From positions 2,336,001 through 2,400,000 of the forward strand of contig CAVTTL010000001.1 in NCBI GenBank assembly GCA_963737635.1: a stretch of 64,000 bases of DNA, read 5' to 3'. Position numbers and translations under genes: made by a program. Below, in pieces: positions 20,835 to 31,636 of the stretch. Under the pieces are notes generated by a model, which saw nothing but the letters and a program-made list of their open reading frames with translations, made no database searches and was not told the origin of the DNA. Origin of the DNA: an uncultured Methanoregulaceae archaeon (lineage in GTDB: Archaea; Halobacteriota; Methanomicrobia; Methanomicrobiales; Methanospirillaceae). Within the stretch, counting starts at the first letter, position 1. The number at the start of each line of letters is the position of its first letter.

Positions 20835-22308
20835 TCATTGTCCAGCACCGGACACCGGGGTGATTGCCGGTGGCTGCCAGCCCGTGCCATTGAGGATGCC
20901 TGGGATCGCGGCCGGCTGGGGAGCCAGGAGCCGCCAGGTAATCTCGAATCCCTGTCCGCTCGCGGTCGGCAGCCAGTTGCCGGCCAGAGCCGGGTCCGAA
21001 GGCTGCGTGGCCTGCAGATAGATATCCACTGAGCCGTCGGCGTTGTGTGCGAGCTGCGACGTGTCGCTGATCGCGAACCGGTTGATCGGATTGGGGATCA
21101 GTGCCCCCTTCAGGTTGTAGACGGTAAGCGACCAGCCCTCGGTCACCGGCGGAGCAGACGCCATGTGCACGACGTAGCTGGTCGATCCGTTAAGCGGCTC
21201 TTTGTTATGATCTGCCCAGCTCATGGCAAAAATCGTCTGGTCGGAGGTAACGGCACCAAGGCCAACCTGAGTTACGACCGCACGCAGCGGGTAGTTGGTT
21301 CCGTACTGCCCAAAGCCTCCCAGGAAATAGCCGTTGTGCTGGTCGAAGCTCGCAAGAAACAGGGTCTGGGTGTCGTTCCTGATCTGCGCAGGGCCGGCGG
21401 CCACGGCGTCTTCAAGACCCCTGATAGTATCTTTGCTCAGGTGCACGTTCTGCGAGGGTGCCATGCCGGGTCCGATCCCAACCTCCGCGAACTTTTGAAG
21501 CTCGGGCTGGTCGGCTGCCGGCGGTGGGAACAGCTGCGAGCTGTTGTCCGAGCATATCGTAGAATTCAAGCCCGGTGGGAAGCGGATAGTTCTGGACGGT
21601 CGTAGTGGGATTTGTCACGTTCTTCGGGCGGTAGTTCGTCCCGTACTGGCTCAATGGCGTCAGGGTGTAGTTATCCTGGATAAGGTTGACATTTGTAAGG
21701 TCGCTACTCCCTTTCAGCTGGGTCGATCCTATTATCCAGATGCGGTTGTAGTCGACATCGATACGCTGGGTTCCCGCCGGGATGGGCACATTATACTCGT
21801 CGGGCCCGGCGATGACGTAATCGCCCGGCGGGGTATCGTGGACGCTGCCGAGGTTCATAAGGTCGTTGGTGTAGGGGTCGACGAGGGCGAGGACGAAGAA
21901 GTGGTCGGTCACCTCCGGCACATGGAGGACTTGCGGCTCTGTGCTCAGATCGAGCCATGCGATCGACGAGAGCCCGGTCGAGCCCGGCGCGACAACCACC
22001 GTGCTTCCCGGGTTGTTGAGGGAGCGCACGTTGTTGAACTGGTTGACCGGGCCGAACGCACCGTTCGAGACATCGATGCTGGTCATGGTCTCAAACGTCG
22101 TGTTGGTCTCAAGCAGTGGCAGGCCGTACGTGTAGGCTTCCAGCCCGATCTCGTAGCCCTTGGTGTAATCGGCTTGTGAAACGGCCGACACGTAAGCCGT
22201 TATGAGCAATGAAGCCGCTATCAGCACTATCGCCGCACAGATAACGACGAGCGCACGTTTTCGCGTAATCGCATCCATACCTGAAAAGAGACATTTTGCC
22301 ATTTTCAA
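20835..22308 (-). CDS. DUF1254/DUF1214 domain exported protein (frameshift near 21540)
   Basis: AYTYGLPL, SIAWLDLSTEP, DPYTN; second frame G.YGTNYPLRA, WSLTVY, NADGSVDIY, NWLP. Confidence 0.85.
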
Positions 22309-22493
22309 CGTGTATGCTTTTGAGAGTTTATCTCATTAACGTTTGTATTCGGTTTTTACCGGTATAGTATCCCGAAAAAACATTATAATTTGGTCCTGAT
22401 GAGCTGGCGGTTGTTTTGAATTTTTGCCGAGGTAAAAGATCAGTGATCTACTGCGAACGTATCAGGACCTCAAGAGCGATGGTCCCCGTATTT

Positions 22494-23438
22494 TCAATCC
22501 ATATATTTCTTAAACCATGCAAGCATTTTGGTCGGACTTTTTGAAAAATACGTATAACCATCCCAACGTCTGGTTGTTCCCATAATCCAGAACAGGTCTT
22601 TGTCTTTGATCGGGAGGTTATCGAACATCGTTTGCACATCGCTTGGTCGTGTCAGCACATCATCGTGTACCTGATACAGGAACGTAGGAACGGGGACGTT
22701 CTTTGCGGCGTTGATTGGCGACATCTCATCCAACCTGAAGCTTGTAACCAGCCTAACCGCTCGATCGAGATCTCCGAACCGTGAGGAGGGAACGCCAGCA
22801 AGTTCAAGAATCCTCTCCAGAATAACTCGTGAAGAAACGGGCTGTGCGCCAACTAAACACCTTACCCCGGTGAAGACCTCAGGCCTGCGGGTCATAGCGT
22901 GAATGGTGGCGTTACACCCAAGGCAGCGACTGAAGAGACCGATGGTCATACCTTTGAGGTCTTGTCGTGTCCTTGCGTAAAGAATGGAGCCAACGACGTC
23001 GCGCGATTCGAATATCCCACCGGTGCACAGGCTCCCGTTACCATCGCCGCTGTGACCAAAATTCCTGAGATCGTACGTTAAAACGTTGTAGCCCGCCTCA
23101 TGCAGAATCCTATAGTCGGGAATCAGGTTGACCTCAAAGTCATTACCTCCAGCTGCGAACATTGATCTCCAAGGTTCGATATGTGACGGAAATCCGTACC
23201 GATTGAAGTAGCGCGGGTGATTTACGATGATGAGCTTATCTGAGCCGTTTCGAGGGATGACCCAGGCTTCCAGTGGCACCCCATCCTCAGAGGAGAATGT
23301 CACGTTTTCGTACTCAAGATTCTCATCGGCAGGCGTCCCGAGAATCGGTGCCCTGGGTTGCAGCCTGAAGCCATTCGCGACGTTTTGAATTAATCGTGTG
23401 CTTTCCTCATCATTCATTGGTGGGTGGTGGGTACGCAA
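22494..23438 (-). CDS. Alpha/beta hydrolase
   Basis: DGVPLEAW, YDLRNFGHS, GLFSRCLG; the nucleophile position is Cys. Confidence 0.85.
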   Translation of the reverse strand: MRTHHPPMNDEESTRLIQNVANGFRLQPRAPILGTPADENLEYENVTFSSEDGVPLEAWVIPRNGSDKLIIVNHPRYFNRYGFPSHIEPWRSMFAAGGNDFEVNLIPDYRILHEAGYNVLTYDLRNFGHSGDGNGSLCTGGIFESRDVVGSILYARTRQDLKGMTIGLFSRCLGCNATIHAMTRRPEVFTGVRCLVGAQPVSSRVILERILELAGVPSSRFGDLDRAVRLVTSFRLDEMSPINAAKNVPVPTFLYQVHDDVLTRPSDVQTMFDNLPIKDKDLFWIMGTTRRWDGYTYFSKSPTKMLAWFKKYMD

Positions 23439-23494
23439 CTAAAATCACCTTTCCTTTCCGATGAGGCCCCTGTCAGCAAAAGTCCGAGGCCATA

Positions 23495-24298
23495 CTAGAA
23501 TTTGCCGTTGTGATTATTCCACTGATCCCGAGGGGGAATGGTCTCGATGACATCCCAGTGCTCGGCGATTTTGCTGTTTTCGAGCCTGAAAAGATCGTAG
23601 TAGGTGACGGGTTTGCCGGAAATAGAACCGCCGGCGACGACAAGAACGAAGTTACCCTGTCCGAGAATCATGAAAATCTTATCGACATTCATGTCCATCC
23701 CTTGTTTCGCCAACTGCTGCATCATTGTAGTCAATGCCGAAAGTCCATCACCGCCCCGGGCGTCGTGCCGGATGTACTTATCGCCATCGAAATACTGAGG
23801 CATCTTGTCAGACTGGCCCTTGAGGAAGATAGTCTCGTAGAACTCTTTGATCAGTGCCTTGTTTTTCTCGGTATCTTTGAGGTCTGTTGCTTTTGTCGGA
23901 CCATCGGTCGGCGTATGTCCACTCTGGTTTGGGGGCGTCCAATCAGTTTGATTGTCCCAGTGCTCGACGATGTGGCCATTCTCGAATCTGTAGATGTCGA
24001 AAAAGACTTTCTTCCCGAACAAGTCTCCTTCTGAATGGGTAAAGACGTAGGATCCATCCTGAAATGCGCGGACGACCTTCAGGGGACTTTTCTCCTTGGG
24101 AAGGTGGCTGATAAATCCTTCAACTCCCTGCACCCCGTCATAAGCCATTGGGCTATGATTTTTGAAGTTCTGGCGATTGATGTATGTGGTCGCCAGAGCT
24201 GGGTCTCTGTTTCCGATTCCTTCAGACACGGTCATGGCCTTTTCGATTTCAGTAATAATGAGACTCGTACCATTTCCTCCTTGGGCTTTACCGATCAA
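23495..24298 (-). CDS. Tandem SnoaL/NTF2-like protein (start uncertain)
   Basis: Two copies: DIYRFENGHIVEHWD and DLFRLENSKIAEHWD. Confidence 0.87.
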   Translation of the reverse strand: MIGKAQGGNGTSLIITEIEKAMTVSEGIGNRDPALATTYINRQNFKNHSPMAYDGVQGVEGFISHLPKEKSPLKVVRAFQDGSYVFTHSEGDLFGKKVFFDIYRFENGHIVEHWDNQTDWTPPNQSGHTPTDGPTKATDLKDTEKNKALIKEFYETIFLKGQSDKMPQYFDGDKYIRHDARGGDGLSALTTMMQQLAKQGMDMNVDKIFMILGQGNFVLVVAGGSISGKPVTYYDLFRLENSKIAEHWDVIETIPPRDQWNNHNGKF

Positions 24299-24434
24299 AG
24301 TGTGGTCCTGAAGACCGATTCCTTTGTTGGCCCCGGTTGCCGAGGCGAGGGTTTATTCTGCATGGTTATCCCCTTTGTTCCTCCTGAATATTGATAAATG
24401 AACGTAATGGTACGATCTTTAGATTTCATCTGGA

Positions 24435-24513
24435 AGTTCTGTCACGTTGTCGGCAGTTCTGAACATCACCACTCCGAAGATAATTGACACCATGCCAAAG
24501 ACGTTACAGAACC
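24435..24513. mobile_element. 79 bp MITE-like IS6-type mini-element
   Basis: agttctgtcacgttgtcggc ... gccaaagacgttacagaacc form imperfect terminal inverted repeats. Confidence 0.7.
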
Positions 24514-24560
24514 TGTAAGGAAAACATATATAATGTCAACCCGCATAAGTTGTCTTATCG

Positions 24561-25001
24561 ATGCTGACCAATGAAAAATGGTTTGAATTCTGGAAACTTC
24601 GGCGTGATCATGTACCGAACATCACCATCGCGACGAACCTGGGTATCTCCCGGCAGGCCGTTTCAAAAGCCCTTCTCGCGATTGACGGGAAGATCGAGAC
24701 TGCCCTTCGCACTATGGCAAAAGCCAACAAAATTTCGATCGGGAAAATTAACCCACAGCTCGGGATTCTTATCGGTCATTCGGTTCCGATGGATACTGGT
24801 GCGGTCATTTTCATATCCGGCAAGCACGGCGTGCAGGTATGGTACGAACATGACGGGGATTGTGAAACGTGCGAGGAGTATACAGAGTGCATCGAACTGC
24901 TCTGGGATTATGCCGATGAGTTAAAAATAACCCTTTCTCAGAGTGCAGACCCGACAAAAATGGCAGAAGAACTCTTCGCAAAAGTAAAGGAGATAGCATG
25001 A
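24561..25001 (+). CDS. HTH transcriptional regulator with C-terminal Cys cluster
   Basis: IATNLGISRQAVSKAL HTH; VQVWYEHDGDCETCEEYTEC. Confidence 0.85.
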   Translation: MLTNEKWFEFWKLRRDHVPNITIATNLGISRQAVSKALLAIDGKIETALRTMAKANKISIGKINPQLGILIGHSVPMDTGAVIFISGKHGVQVWYEHDGDCETCEEYTECIELLWDYADELKITLSQSADPTKMAEELFAKVKEIA

Positions 25002-25351
25002 AACTGACCTTTTCTGAAATTGGCCATCGGCTTGGCTGGTGCCCGAAAAAGCGGAGATCACAGATTGTTTTGGATCAAGGTTTCATGGGAATTACCACAG
25101 CTGGAGGATTTACTATGGATGGAAAACAAGCACCTGACAGAAAAATAGATACAAGAGAAGGTATGGACACATGGCTCTCGACATACCTCAAGCTCGTAGG
25201 GCTTGAGCTTGTCCTGAGCGTGATTTTTATCTCGCTCGGGTACATTTCTGCAAGCAGTTATTTCCGCGGCGTGGGAGTGGGCTTGTTAATCGCCTGGGTG
25301 ACAGGCGCCATAGCCTATTTTGTCGTGGGGAGGAGAATGGTAAAACCATGA
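24998..25351 (+). CDS. DUF1673-like membrane protein 1
   Basis: N-terminal HRLGWCP motif, two TMs; ATGA overlap with the regulator. Confidence 0.75.
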   Translation: MKLTFSEIGHRLGWCPKKRRSQIVLDQGFMGITTAGGFTMDGKQAPDRKIDTREGMDTWLSTYLKLVGLELVLSVIFISLGYISASSYFRGVGVGLLIAWVTGAIAYFVVGRRMVKP

Positions 25352-25695
25352 GATTTTCCGAAATTGGCCATCGGCTTGGCTGGTGTCCGAAAAAGCGGAG
25401 ATCGCAGGTTGTTTGGGATCACGATTTCATGGGAATTAGTATACCTGGAGGATTTACTATGGATGAAAAAAAAGATGAAATAGGCAGGGTCCTTCCGATA
25501 ACGTTCGTGAAGAGAATACTCATATTCATACTGGCACTCGTGGTCGTTATGAACTTTGGTGTGTTTTATTTTCACGACAACACAGCAATCAGCACTGTTC
25601 TTGGCGTAACCATCTTTGAGATAGTGTATATGGTCATTTTCTTCGCGTTCTGGGTTCCCCGGTATCAACGTGCAGGTGCCCAGGTCAAGTGGTGA
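25348..25695 (+). CDS. DUF1673-like membrane protein 2
   Basis: Same HRLGWCPKKRRSQ N-terminus, two TMs. Confidence 0.75.
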   Translation: MRFSEIGHRLGWCPKKRRSQVVWDHDFMGISIPGGFTMDEKKDEIGRVLPITFVKRILIFILALVVVMNFGVFYFHDNTAISTVLGVTIFEIVYMVIFFAFWVPRYQRAGAQVKW

Positions 25696-25787
25696 ACTTC
25701 GTAAATGGCAGTGCCCGGATGAAATGAAACAAACCAGAACCCCACGAAAATGGCAGAAGAACTATTCGCAAAAGTAAAGGAGATAGC

Positions 25788-26141
25788 ATGAAACTGACCT
25801 TTTCCGAAATTGGCCAACGGCTTGGCTGGTGTCCGAAAAAACGGAGATCGCAGGTTGTTTGGGATCAGGACTTCATGGAAAGTACTACAACTGGAGAGGT
25901 TGCAATGGATGCAAAAAAAGATGAAATTGGTATAATCATTCCGATAACGTTCACGAAGAGAATGCTTTTGTATATAGTCTTAGATTTGTTTCTGATTAAC
26001 CTGGTAGTGTTCTACGTGCACGAAAAACTGTCATTACCCCTTGTTATTATGGTAAGTCTTATTGAGATGATAGCCTTGGCTGCCGCGTTTGTGTTCTGGA
26101 TCCCCCGATATGAACGTGCGGGCGCTCAGGTCAAGTGGTAA
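25788..26141 (+). CDS. DUF1673-like membrane protein 3
   Basis: QRLGWCPKKRRSQ; preceded by a duplicated copy of the regulator's 3' end (25741-25790 vs 24951-25001). Confidence 0.75.
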   Translation: MKLTFSEIGQRLGWCPKKRRSQVVWDQDFMESTTTGEVAMDAKKDEIGIIIPITFTKRMLLYIVLDLFLINLVVFYVHEKLSLPLVIMVSLIEMIALAAAFVFWIPRYERAGAQVKW

Positions 26142-26251
26142 CTTCTTTTTTGGTTCTGTTAACGTGTTGAGAGATCGCATGTTTTTTCAGGCATGGAAAT
26201 TTGATAATTCCCTAACAAGTTAACAAAGCCTTCTTATGAGCTATCGGATAT

Positions 26252-26461
26252 TCATGGAGCCGGAACTTTTTTCCTGCGCTCCATGATGTTTTTAATGATC
26301 TTATCCGGGTCTTTCTCCAGATATTTTTTCCGGTCTTTTGTCCAGTCGCCGCTGCCGGTTTCATAGATATGGAGGAACCGGATAGCATCGTCAGGGCCAA
26401 GTTTTTCGACCAGCACGTCAAGTCCTTCCTGCTGGATCTGGTGCAATGTTCTGGCGCTCAT
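26252..26461 (-). CDS. Small partner (putative antitoxin) of the PIN protein
   Basis: GLDVLVEKLGPDDAIRFL...GSGDWTKDR; translationally coupled to the PIN gene. Confidence 0.7.
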   Translation of the reverse strand: MSARTLHQIQQEGLDVLVEKLGPDDAIRFLHIYETGSGDWTKDRKKYLEKDPDKIIKNIMERRKKVPAP

Positions 26462-26895
26462 TTGGTTTCCTCCTTTAACCAGATAACCGGGTTTTCTATA
26501 CGTACCTGTATGTCCCGGTGCATCTTAAAAAAGGTTATCATGCCGTCATCTGTTGTGAGAAGAATTGCTCCGGCACGTTCTGCACAGGCGATATGGAGCG
26601 AGTCCATCGCATCCCCTCCCATTGCGATGAGCACGTGCATCCGTGCAATTATATCCTCGTCAAGGATTACCTGTTCTTCCGCAATGGATACAACTTTCTC
26701 CACGCGAAGACGTTTCCTGATATCGGGAATTTTTGAGATTTCTTCGGTTATCACTTCGCTTTTGACCAGCGTATATTCCCGCGATGCGCAGCGACGGATG
26801 ATCTCTTGGACTGCGGTTACTTCGAGACGGATACGCCCTAAAGTCTGGTCATCAAACGGCCTACAGAGGCAGCAGACATCCATGTAGATTTTCAT
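26458..26895 (-). CDS. PIN domain (VapC-like) protein
   Basis: KIYMDVCCLCRPFDDQ, DSLHIACAE, LLTTDD. Confidence 0.9.
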   Translation of the reverse strand: MKIYMDVCCLCRPFDDQTLGRIRLEVTAVQEIIRRCASREYTLVKSEVITEEISKIPDIRKRLRVEKVVSIAEEQVILDEDIIARMHVLIAMGGDAMDSLHIACAERAGAILLTTDDGMITFFKMHRDIQVRIENPVIWLKEETK

Positions 26896-27088
26896 TTCCC
26901 GCTCCCAGATTCTCCATAACCTTCGATCTTACTTTCCTTCGATGCGATAAAAAACGATAGGGAAAACAAAGCATTTTTTACAATTCGTAATGTGAATATC
27001 GTCATATTGAAAAATTCATTGTTCCCTTTTCTGCCGGATTACTGGTTTTGCAATTCGTAGCGAAAATATGATTTATGGGGTCATCGAT

Positions 27089-27637
27089 TCACTGTCCATT
27101 ATTGCCGGGCGTAGCACTCATTACTGGCCCGTTCCCATTTCCGGGTGCACTCATCGTTACCGGCCCGGCCAATCCCAATGCTTCCACCAGCTGTTGTGTC
27201 GTCACGCCTAACTGGGTGGCTGCTGCGTTAAAGTTCACCGGGCCATTGGAAATCGCGTTTGCGTTCAAAGCGTTCTCAAGATCCTGTTCGGAGACGCCCA
27301 GTTTTCCCGCCGCTTCTGTAAGGAGTGTTTTATTCGAAAGGAAGGAAAGGAATGCCTGGCCATTGCCTGTCGACCGGATAGTCCCCGGTCCGGAACCAAC
27401 CACTTGACCATTCGTCCCGGGACTTCCATTCACCATTTTCTGGACCGATGCAGCTCCGGGAGAGGGTTGTCCGGAGATGCTGCTGGTCGGGCTTCCGGTG
27501 ACGATCGGCGGTGACGAAGGTGTTGCGAGAAGATTGTCCTGTCCGGGACTGCTGCCAGAGTTCTGAACGCATCCGGTCATGACGATCAGAACAATAAGGA
27601 GTGCTGGCAGGGCCAGCGCTATGGTCAGTTTTTTCAT
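27089..27637 (-). CDS. Lipoprotein with helical AAxKLGV repeat domain
   Basis: Lipobox MTGC; LTEAAGKLGVSEQDLENALN...NFNAAATQLGVTTQQLVEALG. Confidence 0.75.
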   Translation of the reverse strand: MKKLTIALALPALLIVLIVMTGCVQNSGSSPGQDNLLATPSSPPIVTGSPTSSISGQPSPGAASVQKMVNGSPGTNGQVVGSGPGTIRSTGNGQAFLSFLSNKTLLTEAAGKLGVSEQDLENALNANAISNGPVNFNAAATQLGVTTQQLVEALGLAGPVTMSAPGNGNGPVMSATPGNNGQ

Positions 27638-27715
27638 CCTGCCGTCTCCATTGTTAAAAAAAGATGAATTCATTTCTGGTGATCTCCTGGCTTCATTCCT
27701 GCCCTTCACCGGCAT

Positions 27716-28711
27716 CTATTGTCCGGAAGAACGCATGACCACGAGTGCGACGCCATTAGACCCCGCAGTTCCACACGAGAGGGTTTTCGTGATAGTTTCA
27801 GGTGAAGGTAATCCCAGTGCATCTGCTAACTGCTGTTGGGTGATGCCAAGCTGCTGGGCGGCGGCATTCAGGTCCACCGGTTTATCTGCCGTAGCGTTGA
27901 GGGCATTCGCGAGGGTCCGTTCGGAAACCCCCAGTTTTTCCGCTGCGTTTGTCAGTACGGTGACATTTGAAATATCAACAAAGATCCCGGTCTTTCCTGA
28001 GGTAACCGTTACCGGTGTGGGAAATCCCAGTGCATCCATCAGCTGTTGCGGGGTTACTCCCAGCTGATTGGCGGCGCCGATAAAGTTCACCGGACTATCC
28101 GGTGTCGCGTTAAGCGCCTGTGCAAGAGTCTGTTCAGGGACGCCCAGTTTTCCCGCCGCTTCCGTTAAGAGGGTGACATTCGAAAGGAATGATCCAAATC
28201 CCGTCCGGAAAAGGGAATCCGCCGGGACTGCTTGTGTAACGAAAACTCCGGTTTTTCCCGAGGATGCGTTTATGGCGAATTTTGTCGGGAGTGCGGGTAA
28301 TCCGAGAGCATCCATCAACTGCTGCGGGGTAACACCAAGTTGTCCGGCTGCGGCATTCAGGTTCACCGGCTCATTGGTGGTCACATTTAGCGCGTCTGCA
28401 AGTGCCTGCTCGGTGACACCGAGTTTTTCTGCTGCCTGAGTCAGCATAGTGGCGTTATCCGAAACCGCGACAAACGCTTGACCGTTAACGGGCGAAATGG
28501 CTACAACCTCAGCGTTCGTGATTGCGCTCCCGTTTAAACTAAGTGATCCTTGGGTAGCGATTGCATAGCCACTTACCGGACCAAAGCACGTACCGTTGAT
28601 CTGGACCTGAGTTACTGTCGTTGCCCCGACAGCACCAATACTCAGTCCCATTACTGCAACGATAATGCAAAGACCGGTAAGGAGCCTGGTAAATCTCATC
28701 TCTTTTTTCAT
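27716..28711 (-). CDS. Secreted protein with three copies of the AAxKLGV...AAxQLGV..ALG domain
   Basis: Signal peptide and three ~55-aa internal repeats homologous to the one in 27089-27637. Confidence 0.8.
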   Translation of the reverse strand: MKKEMRFTRLLTGLCIIVAVMGLSIGAVGATTVTQVQINGTCFGPVSGYAIATQGSLSLNGSAITNAEVVAISPVNGQAFVAVSDNATMLTQAAEKLGVTEQALADALNVTTNEPVNLNAAAGQLGVTPQQLMDALGLPALPTKFAINASSGKTGVFVTQAVPADSLFRTGFGSFLSNVTLLTEAAGKLGVPEQTLAQALNATPDSPVNFIGAANQLGVTPQQLMDALGFPTPVTVTSGKTGIFVDISNVTVLTNAAEKLGVSERTLANALNATADKPVDLNAAAQQLGITQQQLADALGLPSPETITKTLSCGTAGSNGVALVVMRSSGQ

Positions 28712-29004
28712 GATCTCCTCCTTTTTTTTGAAACAACCGTCCCTTTGGGACTGCTTGTGCGGAATTATATTTCCGCATTTCACTGTATTGATGGCTCATT
28801 CAAAAGGAACTCTGGCACATTTCTTAACCTCTCCGACGATAAGAAAACGTCTGTGCCGGATAACATATATACTGTATAATTCCCTCTTGGGAATTTCATC
28901 TCTTTTTTCGCGTGCAACCAGCCCCCTGCCGCACAACCATTCCTCCCGATGAGTAGAGACTTGTGTCAGATATCTTATTTATCGCGTCTACCGAATAGTG
29001 TATC

Positions 29005-29983
29005 ATGCGTTATCGGATAGCAGCTGGCCTTGTATGCCTTCTTCTGGCGCTCTGTATCCCCCTCGTGTCAGCAGCCCCGGTATCCGATATTCTTTATCCC
29101 GCTGTACCTGCGGGAACCGTCAATGCAACGCTCGCTTCAGCAGATCTGAATGGTAATCCGGGAAATGCCGGGTTTGTCACCGGTCTGGCATTACGTGCCG
29201 GCCTGAACGCGAATGCAGTATTTGCCCAGTCCGGATCGGCTGCGATCGTTTTCCAGGCTCAGGGGAATACGTCCCTGCCGGTTACCGCACTTGAGACAGC
29301 GACACTTGATTCAACGGCTATAGCGGCGCATTCCGGGCTTTTTGTCTGGACTTCCGGAAGCAATGCCGGCCTCTCCACCGAACCGGCGTTACTTCCTGCT
29401 CATGTTGTCGTCGTCAGAAGCGAAAAAGTCGTCTCCTATGATGGCCCGCCCGGAACCGGAATAACCGTTGGGGCGGTGACGACGGTTTCAGAAAACCCCG
29501 GAGTACAGGTACTATTTCCTCGGGAATGTCAGCGAGATTTCTACGGTCACCACCACACACGCGAAGGTTATTGTCTTAGGCACCAATGCAGTCCCGGCGG
29601 TTGTTTCTCCATCGGCCAATGCAATCTATTTCGCACGAGGTATTTCTGTTGCTACTCCGGGCCAGTCTCTGCTGATGAACAATGAACAATTTGACATCGA
29701 TCCATCATCGGTGAGATATTACGAGGATTCAGTTCCTGCGGGTAAACAACATGAATGGGTCGACCTCAATTGGACGGCACCGGATAAAAATCTGGAGCTT
29801 ACGATTTATGCGCCGGATGCCACGCTTGGCCCCTTTAACGATTCTTCAGACGGAAGGAACGATGGCAGGATTTTCCTCGATGTAGCAAGCATGGCAAACA
29901 TCACTGCCGGGAACTGGTTCTTCAAAGTGCAGAACGATGACGGTGATACCGTTGATTACACGCTGAACACGTATTCGGCCTGA
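29005..29983 (+). CDS. Secreted protein with C-terminal PPC-like (pre-peptidase C-terminal) domain; frameshift near 29515
   Basis: Signal peptide; C-terminal WVDLNW...LELTIYAPD..LGPFNDSSDGRNDGRI...GNWFFKV. Two ORF-track pieces appear to be one gene. Confidence 0.65.
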
Positions 29984-29989
29984 GGGTAT

Positions 29990-30724
29990 ATGGGACGACC
30001 TTTTCTTATTTTGGGTATTGCGCTTCTCCTGGTTATGGTATGTACTGCCGGGGTGTCTGCCCAGGAATATACGGTCCGGTCAGGATACCAGAACCCGCCT
30101 CCCCCGGATGCAGTTCCCCGGACTCCGGCACCGGTCGGCTTCTTCGATCTTCCCGTATGGGTCATTCTTGCCCAGCTGGCACTCCTCCCGCCGGAATTCT
30201 TCCTTTCGATAAAACTCTGGGCATTCCTCGGGTTCCGGAGGGTGTCCGGGGAAAACGTGCTCGAACAGGGCGTTCGTGCACAAATCTACGAATATATCCG
30301 GCAGAACCCGGGTATTCATCTGAGAGGGCTTGCAGAAGAGATGGGTATCAGTATGGGTACGCTTCGTTATCACCTCAACATTCTCCGGGATACTCATAAG
30401 ATCACGCTCAATGAAGGTGTGGCGTCGGTCAGGTTTTATGAAAATAACGGATCGTATACACCGGCCGAACAGCACATTCTCAAACACCTCCGGAACGAAA
30501 CCACGAAAAAGATCCTTACGATCCTGATGAATTCGCCGTCATCTACACGAGCAGAGATTGCGCAGGAAATCGGGGTGACCGGGCCGTCTATAACCTGGCA
30601 TATGAAAAGACTAGAGGACGATGAGATATTAGTCACTCACCGGGAGGGACGAAAAATATCCTACGAGATCCTTCCTCACATTGCGAGTTATCTTTCACGA
30701 AGGTTCGCCTCAGTGGATGTATAA
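29990..30724 (+). CDS. Membrane-tethered double winged-HTH (ArsR-like) regulator
   Basis: Signal/TM N-terminus; IYEYIRQNPGIH...GTLRYHL; second HTH AEIAQEIGVTGPSITWHMKRL. Confidence 0.88.
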   Translation: MGRPFLILGIALLLVMVCTAGVSAQEYTVRSGYQNPPPPDAVPRTPAPVGFFDLPVWVILAQLALLPPEFFLSIKLWAFLGFRRVSGENVLEQGVRAQIYEYIRQNPGIHLRGLAEEMGISMGTLRYHLNILRDTHKITLNEGVASVRFYENNGSYTPAEQHILKHLRNETTKKILTILMNSPSSTRAEIAQEIGVTGPSITWHMKRLEDDEILVTHREGRKISYEILPHIASYLSRRFASVDV

Positions 30725-30969
30725 AGCCGGTTGTGTACGAAAACGATATTGTTGTTTAATCCGTCAATGTTGACTACTGTAAATGTCCCGACATGCACTG
30801 GAACCCGCCTAATCTCTCCCCTCCGTTTTCCGGCGTGAGACCCAGGCACCCGGCGGCAACGAGAAAAAGAAGGGCAATGGTGAAGAAAAGAGACGGGATT
30901 TTCATCAAAAGAGGGGAGTATTTTGGGAGGGATAAAGATGCTGGATGCAAGCCCGAAAAGAGAGAACGC

Positions 30970-31620
30970 CTAACTGACAACAACAGTCCAGTTATGCGTC
31001 TCGAGAATGCGTGGTTCAGGTTGTATATACCGTTGAAGAGTTGCGTTTATTGTCTGTATTCCGGTATTGGTCATAGTGACATTCCACCGGTCCACACCAT
31101 GCCCCGTATACCCCCCATTCACTACTGACGATGGCACGTCTGTAACGTCGATGAGCGTCCCGTTCAGAGCATACCAATAATACGTCATACCCTCATCGGT
31201 TATCTGGAGACCGGGACTTGCGTTTATGATCCACTGGTCTCCCAGCAGGGAGTAATCACCCAGTTCGAGGGTGAGATTGCTGTCCAGTTTTGCATAGATC
31301 GTCGCATCGTTCCACGTTTCATTGATCGTCATATTTTGTCCCGGTACTACCAATGCCGAATAATTGACTGGTCCAATATCCACGGTGGGAGTTGGCTTAA
31401 CCGGCAAATTCTGTCCCGGCACTGACGATGTCAAACTGTGTATTGATGCATTGTTCACGTTGGGAGTTTGCTCAGTCACCGTAGTTTGTCCCGGTACCGG
31501 TGCATTGCCCGCGTTGGGGTTTTGCCCGCTGGACCCAAGGCAGCCGACCGATAACACAACCATGAGGATGACCGCCCCGACTATGACCATGCCTGATTTT
31601 TGTGGAATCATGTTTACCAT
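30970..31620 (-). CDS. Chagasin/I42 protease-inhibitor-like lipoprotein
   Basis: Lipobox SVGC; ETWNDATI...LTLEL...W..NASPGLQI...GVDRWNV....GIQTINA resembles an I42 Ig fold, but the NPTTGY loop is replaced by DYSLLGDQW. Confidence 0.6.
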   Translation of the reverse strand: MVNMIPQKSGMVIVGAVILMVVLSVGCLGSSGQNPNAGNAPVPGQTTVTEQTPNVNNASIHSLTSSVPGQNLPVKPTPTVDIGPVNYSALVVPGQNMTINETWNDATIYAKLDSNLTLELGDYSLLGDQWIINASPGLQITDEGMTYYWYALNGTLIDVTDVPSSVVNGGYTGHGVDRWNVTMTNTGIQTINATLQRYIQPEPRILETHNWTVVVS

Positions 31621-31636
31621 TCTCGACACTATGTCT

